Made by a program: the position numbers and the translations under genes. From Pseudovirgaria hyperparasitica (lineage: Eukaryota), in assembly GCA_010093815.1 (NCBI GenBank), contig ML996575.1: a stretch of DNA of 64,000 nt, one strand, 5' to 3'. The number at the start of each line of letters is the position of its first letter. The first letter of the stretch is position 1. Positions 27,161 to 39,571 of this stretch are shown piece by piece. The notes under the pieces are model-generated. The model saw nothing but the letters and a program-made list of their open reading frames with translations. It searched no databases and was not told the DNA's origin.

Positions 27161-28596
27161 ATGGTTGCTCCGGATCGAATCAACGGGACCGGCGGATCTG
27201 GCGCGGCGGCACAAACACGGCCGTCAACGATTACGCATGATGTACTTACTGCACCCTTGCCGAATCCGTCGCTCCAGGTCACCGCGGATCATGGCTTGAA
27301 GGCCGTGGAAGCGCCGGTGTATGCGCCTAGACGAGGGGAGGTGTTGCTGCAGATCAAGACGACTGGGATATGTGGGTGAGGCGCGCCGACGTTCGGAAAT
27401 TCACGTGCAATTGGGTCACTGATGCGTGCGCGACAGGTCAGACATTCATTTCTGGAAGATGGGCCGTATTGGCAGTTTGATTGTTGAGGGAGACTGCATC
27501 TTGGGCCATGAGGCTGCTGGCGTGGTTTTGAGGTGTGGTGACGGTGTGACTACACTGCGGCCAGGTTCGATGAGATGTGTGTGATTCGCGAGAAGCTTCG
27601 CTGACTCTCCTGAAGGCGACCGTGTGGCTCTGGAACCTGGTGCGCCGTGTGAGAACTGCTTTCTCTGCCAGGAGGGCCGCTATAATCTCTGCGAAGCCGT
27701 CAAGTTCTCGGGTGTATACCCCGACCACGGCACGCTGCAGCGATACAAAGTACATCCCGCAAAGTGGTGTCATAAGTACGCTTCTCAGCATGCATACTTC
27801 CACTTCATGTCCCAGTACCGAATTCATACACTGACAAACATCCCAGACTCCCTGCTAATCTGACATACTCCCAAGGCGCTCTCCTCGAGCCCCTATCCGT
27901 CGTCATGCACGGCATAAAATCTGCCGGCGTCTCGCTCGGCCGTGGCACAGTTGTATGCGGCGCCGGTCCAATCGGACTCATCGCCCTCGCAGCAGCCCGC
28001 GCATCTGGTTCGCATCCCATCGTAATCACAGACCTCGAACCGCGACGCCTTGCGTTCGCAAAGGACTTCGTGCCGACCGTAATACCGTACCAGATCAGTA
28101 GAGATCTCGACGCACAAGCAAACGCAAACGAGATCCGGAAGTTATTTGGACGAAGCGGCGGGAGTGGTGACGGCGACGAGGACTATTTCGCGCCACATAC
28201 GGTGCTGGAATGCACGGGTGTGGAGAGTAGTATCTGTACGGGGATATACACTGTGAGGAGAGGCGGGACGGTCATGGTGATTGGGGTTGGGAGGCCGATT
28301 ATCAATAATGTGCCGTTTATGCACCTGTCTTTGGCTGAGGCGAGTACATGTCTGACTTCGTAGAAATGTAGGCTGATACTGATTTTCTCCAGATTGATCT
28401 GAAGTTCATCAACCGCTACCGGGATACCTGGCCTGCGGGCATGGCATGTCTGAGCGGGGGCATACTGGATCTGGATAAGTTGGTCACGCATGTGTTTCCC
28501 TTGGAGCGGGCGATGGATGCCATGCGCTTGTGCTCGGATGTTAGTCAAGGGAGCATCAAGGTTCAGATTGTGGATGAGGTTGACGGGGCATTTTGA
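27161..28596 (+). CDS. Zn-dependent MDR polyol dehydrogenase, L-arabinitol 4-dehydrogenase (LadB/LadC)-like, 5 exons
   Basis: GICG|SDIHFW, LGHEAAG, EPGAPCENCFLCQEGRYNLC, GALLEPLSV, CGAGPIG, INRYRDTWPA, SIKVQIVD. Confidence 0.88.
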
Positions 28597-29384
28597 GTAC
28601 TTTCTCTTACTCCTGAGTGAGTGTCAATGTACTGTCACAATAGGGCAAATGATGCGAGGGATCACCAACGAGTGCTAAGATATGTCCATACTCCACCTTC
28701 AGAACGTTATACTGACGAGTGCTCGTGTCAAGCCTCACGCAAATGCTATGCGTGATATGCGAATAGCTACGTCGCAAGTCACGCTTCCAGCACGAACAAG
28801 ATACGTGTCATACTCCCATGAGGCTAAACAAGTGAAACAATTCCGCAGTGACTCGTTCAAGCGTAGAGGGATTGAACTTGGCCGTATCTATTGCACAGAC
28901 ATCAAACAAGATGTGACTTTTGCAACGGGAACTTCAATGGGCTGTCTTTGATAGGAAAGGGATGTGATATAACCACTGTACATGTTCCAGACATTCTTAT
29001 AAATATGGGACACGGCTGATATGTGTAGTTTGATAGTTCTTTGATTGAGCGATGCTTAATCAAGGAGCCATCTGCGTCTGTATGGTGAATCCAATCGGAG
29101 TAAGAAAGTGTGGTTTTAGTTCGATTGCTAGAGAGCCACGAAGTGAATAGGGTTGGAGCGGCTCCATCAATGATAAACCTCAGCTAGAGCAAGATAGAAC
29201 GGTTTAAGCACGCCGAATAGCCGTGAACGATGACTTCACCATTGTGGCTGATGCTAGTGGCTTACGCGTTCACCAAGCTAGTCCGGCCCCACTTCCGGGA
29301 CCCATTTGCCAAGTAAAACGCCGTTAAAGGTCGCCCGGATCGACTCCGACGCTGCCCTGCGATTTGTCGACCTCCCCTCTAGTT

Positions 29385-31184
29385 ATGACCGAATCTCCAC
29401 GACAGAGTCTCCAGTCTCCCGGGCAGGCATCCCAGGCGGACAGGGAAAAGGAGCTGGAAAAGAAGCATGAGGGATCATTCGATGCCCTCACTCGGCGCAA
29501 GCGCGACTCGGCGGCCATTCTTATCCAGAAGAACTATCGCGGCTATCGCACGAGACAACAGCTGAAGGGGTTGACGCTTCACCCGTCGGATCGCTGGATT
29601 GAGGTCAGCATGCGCAATTGGAACGTTGCAACTCGTGCTAATATATGTCTTCTGCTGTCTAGGCTGTCAAAGAAGGTCAGATATACCGGCCCCTCGAGCA
29701 CGACTGATCTGAGAGCCATAACGAGGGGAAGTCACTGACACACCACAGCACAATGGCGCAAGGCCGCTCGCCCAATGTCGCGCTCAAAGCGCTCCGAGTC
29801 TCAAACCCTTCAAGCCCCCGAAATTGGCACACGGCCGCGTTCGCAATCGGAAGCATTGAAGACATGGAAGCGTGTCGGCGCAATCGCAATGCACGCCGGC
29901 GGCGACGACTCAGACACCTCCACAGACCTCTCCGATATCCCTGAAGAGGAGCGCATGGAGTACAAGAACCGCAGAGCGCGGGAGAAGCGTGAGCGCGAGA
30001 AGACGGCCAAGATGATGGACCTGCAGTATTGGCTGGAGATGGTCGATCCGAAACACCGGTACGGCAGTAACCTGAGGGCATATCACGAGGAGTGGAAGAA
30101 CTCGGGCACGAATGAGAATTTCTTCGCGTGGTTGGACGAGGGCGAGGGGAGGAATATTGAGGTGCCGACGGTGCCGAGGGAGAGGTTGGATCGGGAGCAA
30201 GTAAGATATCTCACGAGGGAGGAGCGCATGGATTATCTTGTCACGGTGGATGCTGAAGGGCGCTTGTGTTGGGCGAAGAATGGGAAGCGGATCTCGACTA
30301 CGATGGACTACAAAGACAGCGTGCGTGGAGTGGTCCCAGCAGATGATCCGACACCATCGTTCCGCGACGCTGGCGGTAAATTGCCACGAAGAGGATCCTC
30401 TTCGTCCAGCGACAGTGCTTCGTCTGGCAGCGTCATCAGCGAAGAGGCCGAACATTATGTCAATCATGATTTGGACAAGGCGAAGGGTCTGAGGAAAGTC
30501 AAGCACGTCTCTGCAGCGGTTGTGTTCAATAGACTGCTTCAAGGAACCGTGAAGCCGAATTCTTGGATCTTTGTTGCAGACACATCTTTTCGTCTATACG
30601 TTGGCATCAAGCAATCGGGCGCCTTCCAACACAGTTCGTTCTTGAATGGGGCACGCATATCAGCTGCAGGTCTGATTAAAATCAAAGACGGACAACTCCG
30701 ACGTTTGTCACCACTAAGCGGACATTATAGGCCTCCAGCAGCTAACTTTCGCGCGTTTGTTCATTCCCTGCGAGACACGGGCGTGGACATGTCGCGAGTC
30801 TCCATATCGCGCTCCTACGCTGTGCTAGCTGGACTCGAGGCATACGTCAAGACTCGAAGAAAGATCAAGCACGGGTTCCAGCACAGCAAGGAGCATAAAG
30901 ACAAGATTCTGCACCCAGAGGAGGTCAAACGACGCGAAGAAGCTCAGATGGACAAATCTGAAGCGGCCAAGAGAGAGCGCGAGGTGTTAGCGATTGAAGC
31001 TCAACGCGAGGAGCAGAAACGGAAAGAAAACAGCTTCTTCCACTCGAAGATCTGGCGCAAATTGAAGCGGCTGTCGGTCAGTGAAAAGGATCGCGGCAAG
31101 ACGCCTGCGCAGAAGCGACCGGTCCATCAACCAGGCCAGGACGCAGAGGATGGGATACCTCCTGACGGCAAGATTCGTAGCTGA
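29385..31184 (+). CDS. IQ-motif protein, plant IQM-like; 13-nt micro-exon at 29663-29675
   Basis: AAILIQKNYRGYRTRQQL (IQ), WLEMVDPKHRYGSNLRAYH, FFAWLDEGEG, WIFVAD, FQHSSFLNGARISAAG, SPLSGHYRP. Confidence 0.88.
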
Positions 31185-33201
31185 AGATCGGGGTCTCATT
31201 CGACTCCAGGACCAGCATATATAATGTCTATGATGATGGACGGCACTTGGGTTGGTCCGCGTGCAGAAAGTGCTGGATCCTTTGCGAGGCACATCAAGGA
31301 AGCGTTTCATACACTAACCAGCCGCCATGGCACCATCCAAGGTGAATGCACTCCAGATGAGCTGTCGCTGGCGCCTATGCATCTATGAAGTAAGATGCAG
31401 GAACATTCGCTTTCCGATTCGCACAGACCATGGCAATGTTCTGCCAGGGGGGCTTCTAAGGTCCGGCAGCACATGCAAATACCCGGGACACCTGGTGCAG
31501 TAATCGATATACCACCGCAGAGTGACGGTATCCGATTTGAATCCATGCATCTGTGCCAGTAACGTCGGATGGAGAGGCGGGACGGCGTAGAGAAGGGAGT
31601 ACAGGGCGGCTCGAAGGGTAGGGATGTATATTACGGCCTGCGCAAAACTTGGTTTACAGTGCGCGAGAATACGACATGAGTCTCAGGGGTGTTTTGAGTG
31701 GGCATTTGCTACAGCAGCAGTGGAGGTGATGGTGGTCGCAGGGGTTGGTTTATTGCTGCGTATTGTTACCCGGCTCTTTTCCCTATTACAGCTCTCCACA
31801 CAAGGGTTCGCGCCACAGCAACGCCACACAATGTCATCTTTGCCAACTTTTGCTCCTCGCCCGGCCGCATCCTCGCTTTCTTCCCTTGTCACTTGCAAAA
31901 ATTGCAACTCTATGGTGGGGCTGGTGAAGTCAGACAGATATGCAGAATGCCTGCTTGTGCTTCTCATCCCTTGTAGCGACTCGGGTCGTGGATCGTGATA
32001 CGCTCGTTCCTTTGCTTGGGGGATCCGCAACGCAAAGGACGCGTCTCACAGTTGGGCCCTCGGAAAATCAGAAGCAGCACGGCGAAGAGAGAGAAAGGCA
32101 AAGTTGGCATGGGATTGTTGAAGGAGAGTCATGGCTTCTGCTGTGCTTGTCTTGCAAGCGAAACGTTTCGCATGCTATATCCCCGGTTGACACTTCGACA
32201 TTCACTTCGCACTTTATATACGCATACAGTAACCATATATTGCTAACAGCGGCTCAGGGCATCTCCACGCGACAACCGCCATCTGCCACAGACTCCCGCC
32301 AGGACTAGTAGATCTTCAAAGACGCCTCATAACATTGTGGATCCCTGCTGCTGTCTGCCAAGTTCGCTTCCGGAGACGTCAAGCCACTTCCAACCGCTAT
32401 CTCCATATCGAGTCGTCTCCATCTTCGATGAGGATCACGAAATCGACCAGTCAAACATATATTCCAGCCACACTTGCTCCATCTGAGGCTTGACGTCTAT
32501 CCTCAAAAGTACATGCCGCTCCAAGAGCCCCCTCCCCCCTGAGGCAAGGCCTGTGATACAGTGACTGCTGCTGCAACCATGCTGCCCTACTCGTCTACAC
32601 CTACCCCGGCCATACCTCCACTCAACCCCGTTTGTTCACCCGTGATGCTGGAGCAAAGTGACGCAATACCATCCACCTGCTTCCCCGACATGCTGTGGCT
32701 TCCGCGTAACATCGACTTCACCCAGAAGTCGTCGAGTTGCAGCCACAAAAACAGGTTTCCCCATGCTATCCTACCCTTTGCCGACCAGTCAAACCCGATC
32801 ACGCCTCTGTTGGAGGCCATGACTCTAGCAAAACACGACACATGAACGCTTGGGGCCCCCTCCTCGATCCGGTAATCAGCTCCTCATCATTGCTATACAA
32901 GCTACGTCATGGTGAGAGGAGCTCATGCTGCCATCATAACCAATCTATGCTTCCCCCCAGTCCAAGTGTTATCCCATCTCGAACCCCATCCTCATAAAAC
33001 TCCCCAACTGCCCCTCTTTACACTACAGCCTTCTTTTCCTCACACGTCTCTGACGGAATTTTTATGAGTACCCATTCCTCCATATCCTCCAGTAGCTCTT
33101 ACACCTACTACTCGTTTCCCCCGACACCCACCAGATCCTCCCCGGGCTCTACTTCTAATACTCCCACCCCAAAGCCTGCTAGTAGTCGAAGTTCCAAAGC
33201 T

Positions 33202-36200
33202 ATGCCATCCCCTGCTGCTGGAAAGGGCAGTGACGCACCTCGCACCCCTACAAAGCTCGGTCGTAAGCCCCAGTCACAGGCCACGTCGAAGCTTGGCAAG
33301 GCTGGCGAGCAAGCGAAATCTACGGCTGCCAAGGGCGGATCGGATCCGCCCAAGTTGCCATCGAAGCCTGAGGCTGGCGATGTAACGGAGAAGGCCGAAG
33401 ACGTTTCGAGCAAGGCACAAGAAGTTCCGGAGAAAGCACAGGACGTCTCAGAGAAAGCACAAGACATCCCAGACAAAGCACAAGAAGTCCCAGACGAGGC
33501 AAGTAAAGCCACCAGTGACACCGCCGACGAAACAACGGGCAAAGTCTCCCAAGCCGGAGATGACGCCAAGGGCGCCCTAGAAGAAGTCGAGCCGAAGCCA
33601 ATCGATGAAGACGAAGAAAAGGAAACCACAGAGAATGTAGAAGAGACTGCCGACGACACCGCTGACGATGCAACCGTGAAAGCTGGTGACACAGCCGACG
33701 AGACCGACGACACGCAGGAGGAAGCCGGCACCAAAGATGGCGGTGCACAAAAGACCGGCTCGGGAGTCCTGAGTGGTGCCAAAGGCCTAGCTGGGCAGGC
33801 TTCAAATCTTGCTGGAAAGTCGGCCAAGGATCCGAAACAAGCGGCGGAAGATCTACCAGAAGACGCACAAGATGCTGCCGGAGAGACTGCTGAGGGTGCC
33901 AAAGACACGACAGGAGAGGTCGCGAAAGATACCCAGGATACTGCTGAAGATGCTAAAGATACTGCTGAGGATACTGCCGAAGATGCTAAAGACGCGGCTG
34001 AGGATACCACCGAAGACGCCAAAGCCACTACTAAAGATACCACCGAAGACGCTAAAGACACTGCGGAGGACACTGTAGAAGACACCAAGGACACTGCAGA
34101 AGAAACTGTAGAAGACGCCAAGGACACTGCAGAAGAAACTGCAGAAGACGCCAAGGACACTGCGGAAGAAACCAAAGACGGAGCCGGCGACACTGCAAGC
34201 GATACCGTCAACGGCGTCAAAGACACCGCCGAGGACACCACCGGCCAAGACCTACCCGACATCCCCGGTCTCGAGCTCCTCAAAGGCCTCTCCCCAGACG
34301 AGGACGGCCTAATCAAGGACGCAAACGGCGACTACATCGGCAAGCTCGCCGAAGGAGACGCAGAAGACCTCGTCGGCTACGAAATCGGAGACGACGGCGA
34401 GATCCTCGACGACGACGGCGACCTCGTCGGCCGCTGTGAATTACTGCCTGAAAAGGTCCAAGCACTCAAGGACGAGGCTACGAGTGGCGCGGCGCCAAAG
34501 CTGCCCGGTTTGGAGATTCTGAAAGGCTTCACTGTTGATGCGACCGGGCTTGTTCTTAATGAGGATGGGGATACCATTGGCCAGCTTACTGAGGGCAATC
34601 CTAGGGAATTGATGGGACGTGAGTTCAATGAGAAGGGCGAGATTCTCGATGACGATGGGAATGTCATCGGTCGTGCCCGTGTCCATGAAGAAGCTGCCAA
34701 CCTCGTTGATGACGTCGAAGATGGCGCGGAAGACGCTACTGATGCTGCGGATAATGCTGCTGACGGCGTGAAAGACAAGGCTGTTGATGGCGCAGAAGAG
34801 AAGGCTAAAGATGCCGTTGACGGCGCCAAGGACACATCCGAAGACGCCGAGGAAGCTGCCGAGGGTATTGAAGAAGACCTCCCTGGTGTCGAAGCTCTCG
34901 AGGGCAAAGAGATCAATTCCGAGGGCGAGATCCTCGACGAGTCAGGCGAGGTGATCGGGAAGCTTGCCGAGGGCGACATCGCAGACGTCAAGGGCCTTAC
35001 CGTGAACGAGAAGGGCGAGGTCGTCGACGCCGAAGGCAACGTGCTCGGCAAAGTCGAACTCGCTGAAGGCGCAGCCGAGAAACTCAAGGATGCCTCCAGC
35101 CTCATCGACGTGCGCATCCTCGAAGGCCTGAAGGTTAACAAGAAGGGCAAAGTGCTCGACGAAGAAGGAGAGGAGATTGGCCACCTAACCGAAGGCGAGA
35201 CCAAGGACGTCGCCGGCAAAACCATCAACGACAAGGGCGAGATCCTCGACAAGGAAGGAAAAGTCGTTGGCAAAGTCGAGATTACCTCTGGCGATGCCGC
35301 GATCGAAGCCATGACTGCTCTCAAGGAGCGTCTCGGTGAGACGGCGGAGCCTGAGCCTGAGCTTAAAGAAATCACACCTGAGCTTGATATTCTTGAGGGG
35401 CTGAAGGTCAATAAGAAGGGCCAGGTCCTGAATGAGGATGGAGAGCCGATTGGCGAGTTGATTGAAGGAGAGCTTGCGAAATGTGCTGGTAAGAAAATCA
35501 ATGAGAAGGGAGAGGTCGTCGATAAGGATGGGAATGTTCTCGGCAAAGTCAAGACACTCCCGCAGGAGGTTGAGGTATCTCCCGAAGACGCCACGGAGAC
35601 TGCTGAAGGCGCCGTTGAAGGCACCGGAGAGGAAGCTGAGGGCGCTGCCGAGGACGCTCAGGCGACTGCTGAGGGAGCCGAAGGTGCAGCTGAAGATGCC
35701 GAAGGCGCTGCCGAAGACGCTGAAGGCGCAGCGGAAGACGTTGCAGAAGACGTCGAAGACAACCTGCCCCCTCTCTCCGCACTCGAAGGCCTAACCGTCA
35801 ACAAGGCCGGCAAGCTCATCGACAGCAAAGGCACAGTCATCGGCGAACTGACAGAAGGCGATGCCAAAAAGCTGTTCAAGGCCGGCACCACATGTGACGC
35901 AGAAGGTCAGTTCTGGGACACCAAAGGCCACGTTATTGGTCGGGCCAAGACTGTCCCTGTCGAAGACCCCGACGAGGATGCCCCGTTTGCTGGTCTCGAG
36001 GGCTTGATTGTCGTCAAGGGAGGGCTGGTCGAAGACGAGAATGGTAATACTGTCGGACAGGTGACTGAGGGAGATGCGAAGAAGCTTGTTGGCCGTGCTG
36101 TGGACGAAGATGGTGACATCATCGACAAGAAGGGCTCTGTTATCGGCCATGCAGAGCGCTACGAGGAGCCGGAGGAAGTGCAAGAACAACCCGAAGAGGA

Positions 36201-38441
36201 AGCTCCCGCCGATCTATCTTCACTCGTAGGCAAGACAGTTAATAAGCAGGGCAATGTCATTGGCGACGAAGGTGTACCAATCGGACGTCTGGTCGAAGGG
36301 AACCCGAAAGAACTTGCTGGCAGGAAGATTGACGAGCAGGGTCAAATCTGGAACGACTCAGGAAAGGTGATTGGTCGCGTAGAATTGATCCCGGAGACGG
36401 AGCGTGAAGCCAAGCCCGAAGGACCGTTCTCCGGCCTCGAAGGCCTCCGTGTCGTCGAGGGCGGGAAGATTGCCGATGAAGATGGTAACGTGGTAGGCGA
36501 GATCGTCGAAGGGAACGCCAAACGCCTGATTGGTCTCTCCGTCGATGAAGATGGTGATATTGTCGACAAATACGGCAACGTCAAGGGCCATGCCGAACCT
36601 CTCCCTGAGGAAGAGGACGAAGCTCCAGTCGATCTCTCCATCTTGGATAACAAGACCCTGAACAAGCAAGGCTTTGTCGTTGATGAGAATGGCATTCCAT
36701 TTGGCCGTCTCGTCGAGGGCAATGTCAAGGAGCTCGCTGGTCGCAAGTGTGATGGCGAGGGTCAGATCCACGGTGATACTGGGAAGGTTGTCGGACGCTG
36801 CGAGCTCATCCCCGAGAACGAACGCGTCTCCCGTCCCGAAGGCCCCTTTGCCGGTCTCGAGGGTCTTGTCGTCAACAAAGAAGGCAAGGTCGAAGACGAA
36901 AACGGCAACGTTGTTGGTGAAATCACCGAAGGCAACGCCAAGAAGCTTGTTGGCCACAAGGTGGATGAGGATGGAGATATCATCGACAAGCACGGCAATG
37001 TCAAGGGACATGCCGAGCCATGGGAGGAAGAGGAACCAGAAGAGGAGGCTCCCGTAGACCTCTCTGCCCTAGCCGGTGCTATCGTTAACAAGGCCGGAAA
37101 CGTGGTCGACGCCAACGGGAATATTGTTGGAAAGATCTCTGAAGGTGATGTCAAGAACATGATTGGCAAGAAGGTCGATGGAAAGGGCCAGATCTGGGAC
37201 AATTCTGGCAACGTCATCGGACATGCTGAGCTCGCTGAGGGTGTGAATCAAGGCCCTGAAGGCCCATTTGCAGGCTTTGAGAGTCTCTCTGTCGCCAAGG
37301 ATGGAACCATCGTAACAGCCGACGGCTCGATCGTCGGACGCCTTGTCGAAGGTGACGCCAAAAAGCTCGTCGGATACAAGGTCGACGAGGACGGCGAGAT
37401 CCTCGATAAAAAGGGTAACTCGATCGGCAAAGCCGAGCGCTGGGAACCGGAAGAGAAGCAGCGGAAGGTCAACCCCATGTCCGGCCGCCGCGTCAACAAA
37501 GAGGGCGAAGTCCGGGACGAGGACGGAAACATCCTGGGCCGCCTCACTGCCGGCGATCTCGGACACTGTACCGGCTTCGAGATCGACGATAACGGATACG
37601 TTGTTGACAACGACGGCAACAAGGTCGGCGAGGTCACTTTGCTGGAAAACATCGTCGAAGAGGAACCCGAGGCGGACGAGACAGAAGAAGACAAAAAGAA
37701 GCGTGAGGACGCCGAGCTCGCCAACAAAATGGGCAACATCTGCCAGCAAACCCTCGAGCGCATCCAGCCCGTCCTCAAACAAATCACCGATGTAAGTCGA
37801 ACCTCCTATCCTACTCATGAATCATCCACTAACCCATTCCCCCCCCACAGCACATCGAAAAAGCCGACCGCACCCCACGCGAAGAACTCGACGAAGAAGA
37901 ACTCGTCAACAACGTCAAGCCCCTCATCGAAGAAGGCTCGCGCATCCTGCAAGAATGCAACGGCTCGCTACGCGGCCTCGACCCGGACGGCCGCATCGCC
38001 GCGCAAGCCAAAGGCCGCTCCGGCACCCGCGAAGCCACCCCCGAGGAATACCGGCTCGCAGACCTCCTCAAGGAACTCACGTCCAACGTCGTCACCACCA
38101 TCGACAACGCCAAGAAGAAGATCCAGGACATGCCGCATGCGAAGAAGAAGCTGAATCCGCTGTGGGGTCTGCTGTCCGAGCCGCTGTTCCAGATCATTGC
38201 TGCTGTGGGACTGTTGCTGACGGGTGTGTTGGGGTTGGTGGGCAGACTGCTGAATGGGCTGGGCTTGGGCGGGCTGGTGAATGGGCTGTTGGGGGGTTTA
38301 GGTATCGGCAAGCTTCTGAGCGGTCTTGGGCTCGGGAGCGTGACGGACGCGCTTGGGGGTGGTAAGGACAAGAAGAAGAGTGGTGGTGGTGTGAGTAATA
38401 TCCCGATTGTGGGTGGGCTGCTTGGTGGTGGTGGAAAGTGA
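33202..38441 (+). CDS. Giant acidic 'LEA-domain'/DUF3659 repeat protein (~1720 aa); intron 37792-37850; in-frame upstream ATG at 33064 also possible
   Basis: 11-mer EDAKDTAEDTA repeats, 14 ~60-aa units of the type LEGLxVNKxGxxxDxxGxxxGxLxEGxxKxLxGxxxDxxG, conserved C-terminal LRGLDPDGRIAA...KKLNPLWGLLSEPLFQIIAAVGLLL and a G/L-rich tail. Confidence 0.88.
33850..34240 (+). repeat. Degenerate 33-bp coding tandem repeats (LEA-like 11-mers)
   Basis: Repeated gaagacgccaaggacactgc/gatactgctgaag units seen directly. Confidence 0.8.
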
Positions 38442-38809
38442 GGAATAATTCACTTTGGGTAATAAGAGCTTGGGTGTATGTTGGGTTTTCCTTCCAAAAA
38501 GTTGTATAATGTCTGTCTACCTGTGGCTTCTGTTTCGACTTGTAGTTGATGGCTCTTTTGCTTTTGCTTTTCGCCTCACGACCTGCGACGCGGATACTCT
38601 CTTTTGTTCATCATTTATGTCCTTTGGCTCACATACTTGTATATCTTTGGCGTTTGCTTGACGATGCCGTCGATGCGTGTACGACTCTATATTCTTCTGT
38701 TATTTAGCATAGCATATCATTTCCACTTCACACAACCTGCTACTGAGTTGAATTATTCCGAGTGTAGAGTATCTCGTAGTTCCTGGCTCCCTTCTTCACG
38801 AGGCTATCC

Positions 38810-39185
38810 CTCTTACTAATAATAATATCAGGGGAGGAAGGTATTGTATGCTTCTTTGGGTACCTTTGAATTCCCAACTGTAGTACACGGCTCCTCCTTA
38901 TAAAGTATATATGATCTGATAGAAAGATCTATAATAAGTCACTGAGCTACTGACCCCTACATGTCCACCCTCCATTGCTTCCATCTTCTAGTAGACATAC
39001 TATGATCTCGAATCTTGCTAAGCCATATAGCTAAAAAGCAAGAGTTTTGAAGTATGATGGAGTGTATATAGATAGAGTAGTAATATAAATGTAGGCACTG
39101 TTTCGTTCTTAGTATACATCTATCCGTTTCTAGTATATACATCGATTAACATATGCCTAGATAGACCAATTAGTATTAGTAGCAA
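38810..39185. other. TpA-rich, RIP-like intergenic patch
   Basis: Local AT richness and TpA excess (tatata, ctag, tagtag) relative to flanks, by eye. Confidence 0.35.
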
Positions 39186-39447
39186 CGACGGAAAACGTCA
39201 TGTCTGTGGAAAATGCTCGGATGACATTAAATGGCGAGGAAGCGGTATTTTTGGTCCTATGGTAGCATGGACTAAAGCTACTGGAGCCTCCAAGTGTCGA
39301 ACGAAGTCTTCCTAATAGCTGCCTAGCAGGGATCCAACCGGTCAATTGTGGGGGTTTTGGTGTTGTGATTCCAACGAGATCATTTCACGCGCCCCTCCTG
39401 TTCGTTGAGTCTTGCCCCACTTACCCCTCCTCGCCTCAAGTTGAGTG

Positions 39448-39455
39448 TATATAAA
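39448..39455 (+). promoter_or_regulatory. TATA box of THI5/NMT1
   Basis: TATATAAA followed by a CT-rich leader, ~120 nt upstream of the 5'-UTR intron donor. Confidence 0.6.
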
Positions 39456-39571
39456 GCTCGCTCTTTGCCCCTGCGCATTTCTCCCCCAACGAAATTGAAC
39501 TTCTTTCTAACTATCCAGACAGTCTTTGTTATACTTGTTTGCTCATTCTCCTTCGTCAACAAACACAATTT

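Noticed and set aside
33850..34240. CRISPR-like periodic repeats
   Set aside because: In-frame coding repeats without unique spacers, in a eukaryotic genome.
33108..37818. Long antisense ORFs over the LEA gene (and similar ones over JmjC, GLY1, YEA4)
   Set aside because: Shadow frames caused by biased codon usage; no independent motifs.
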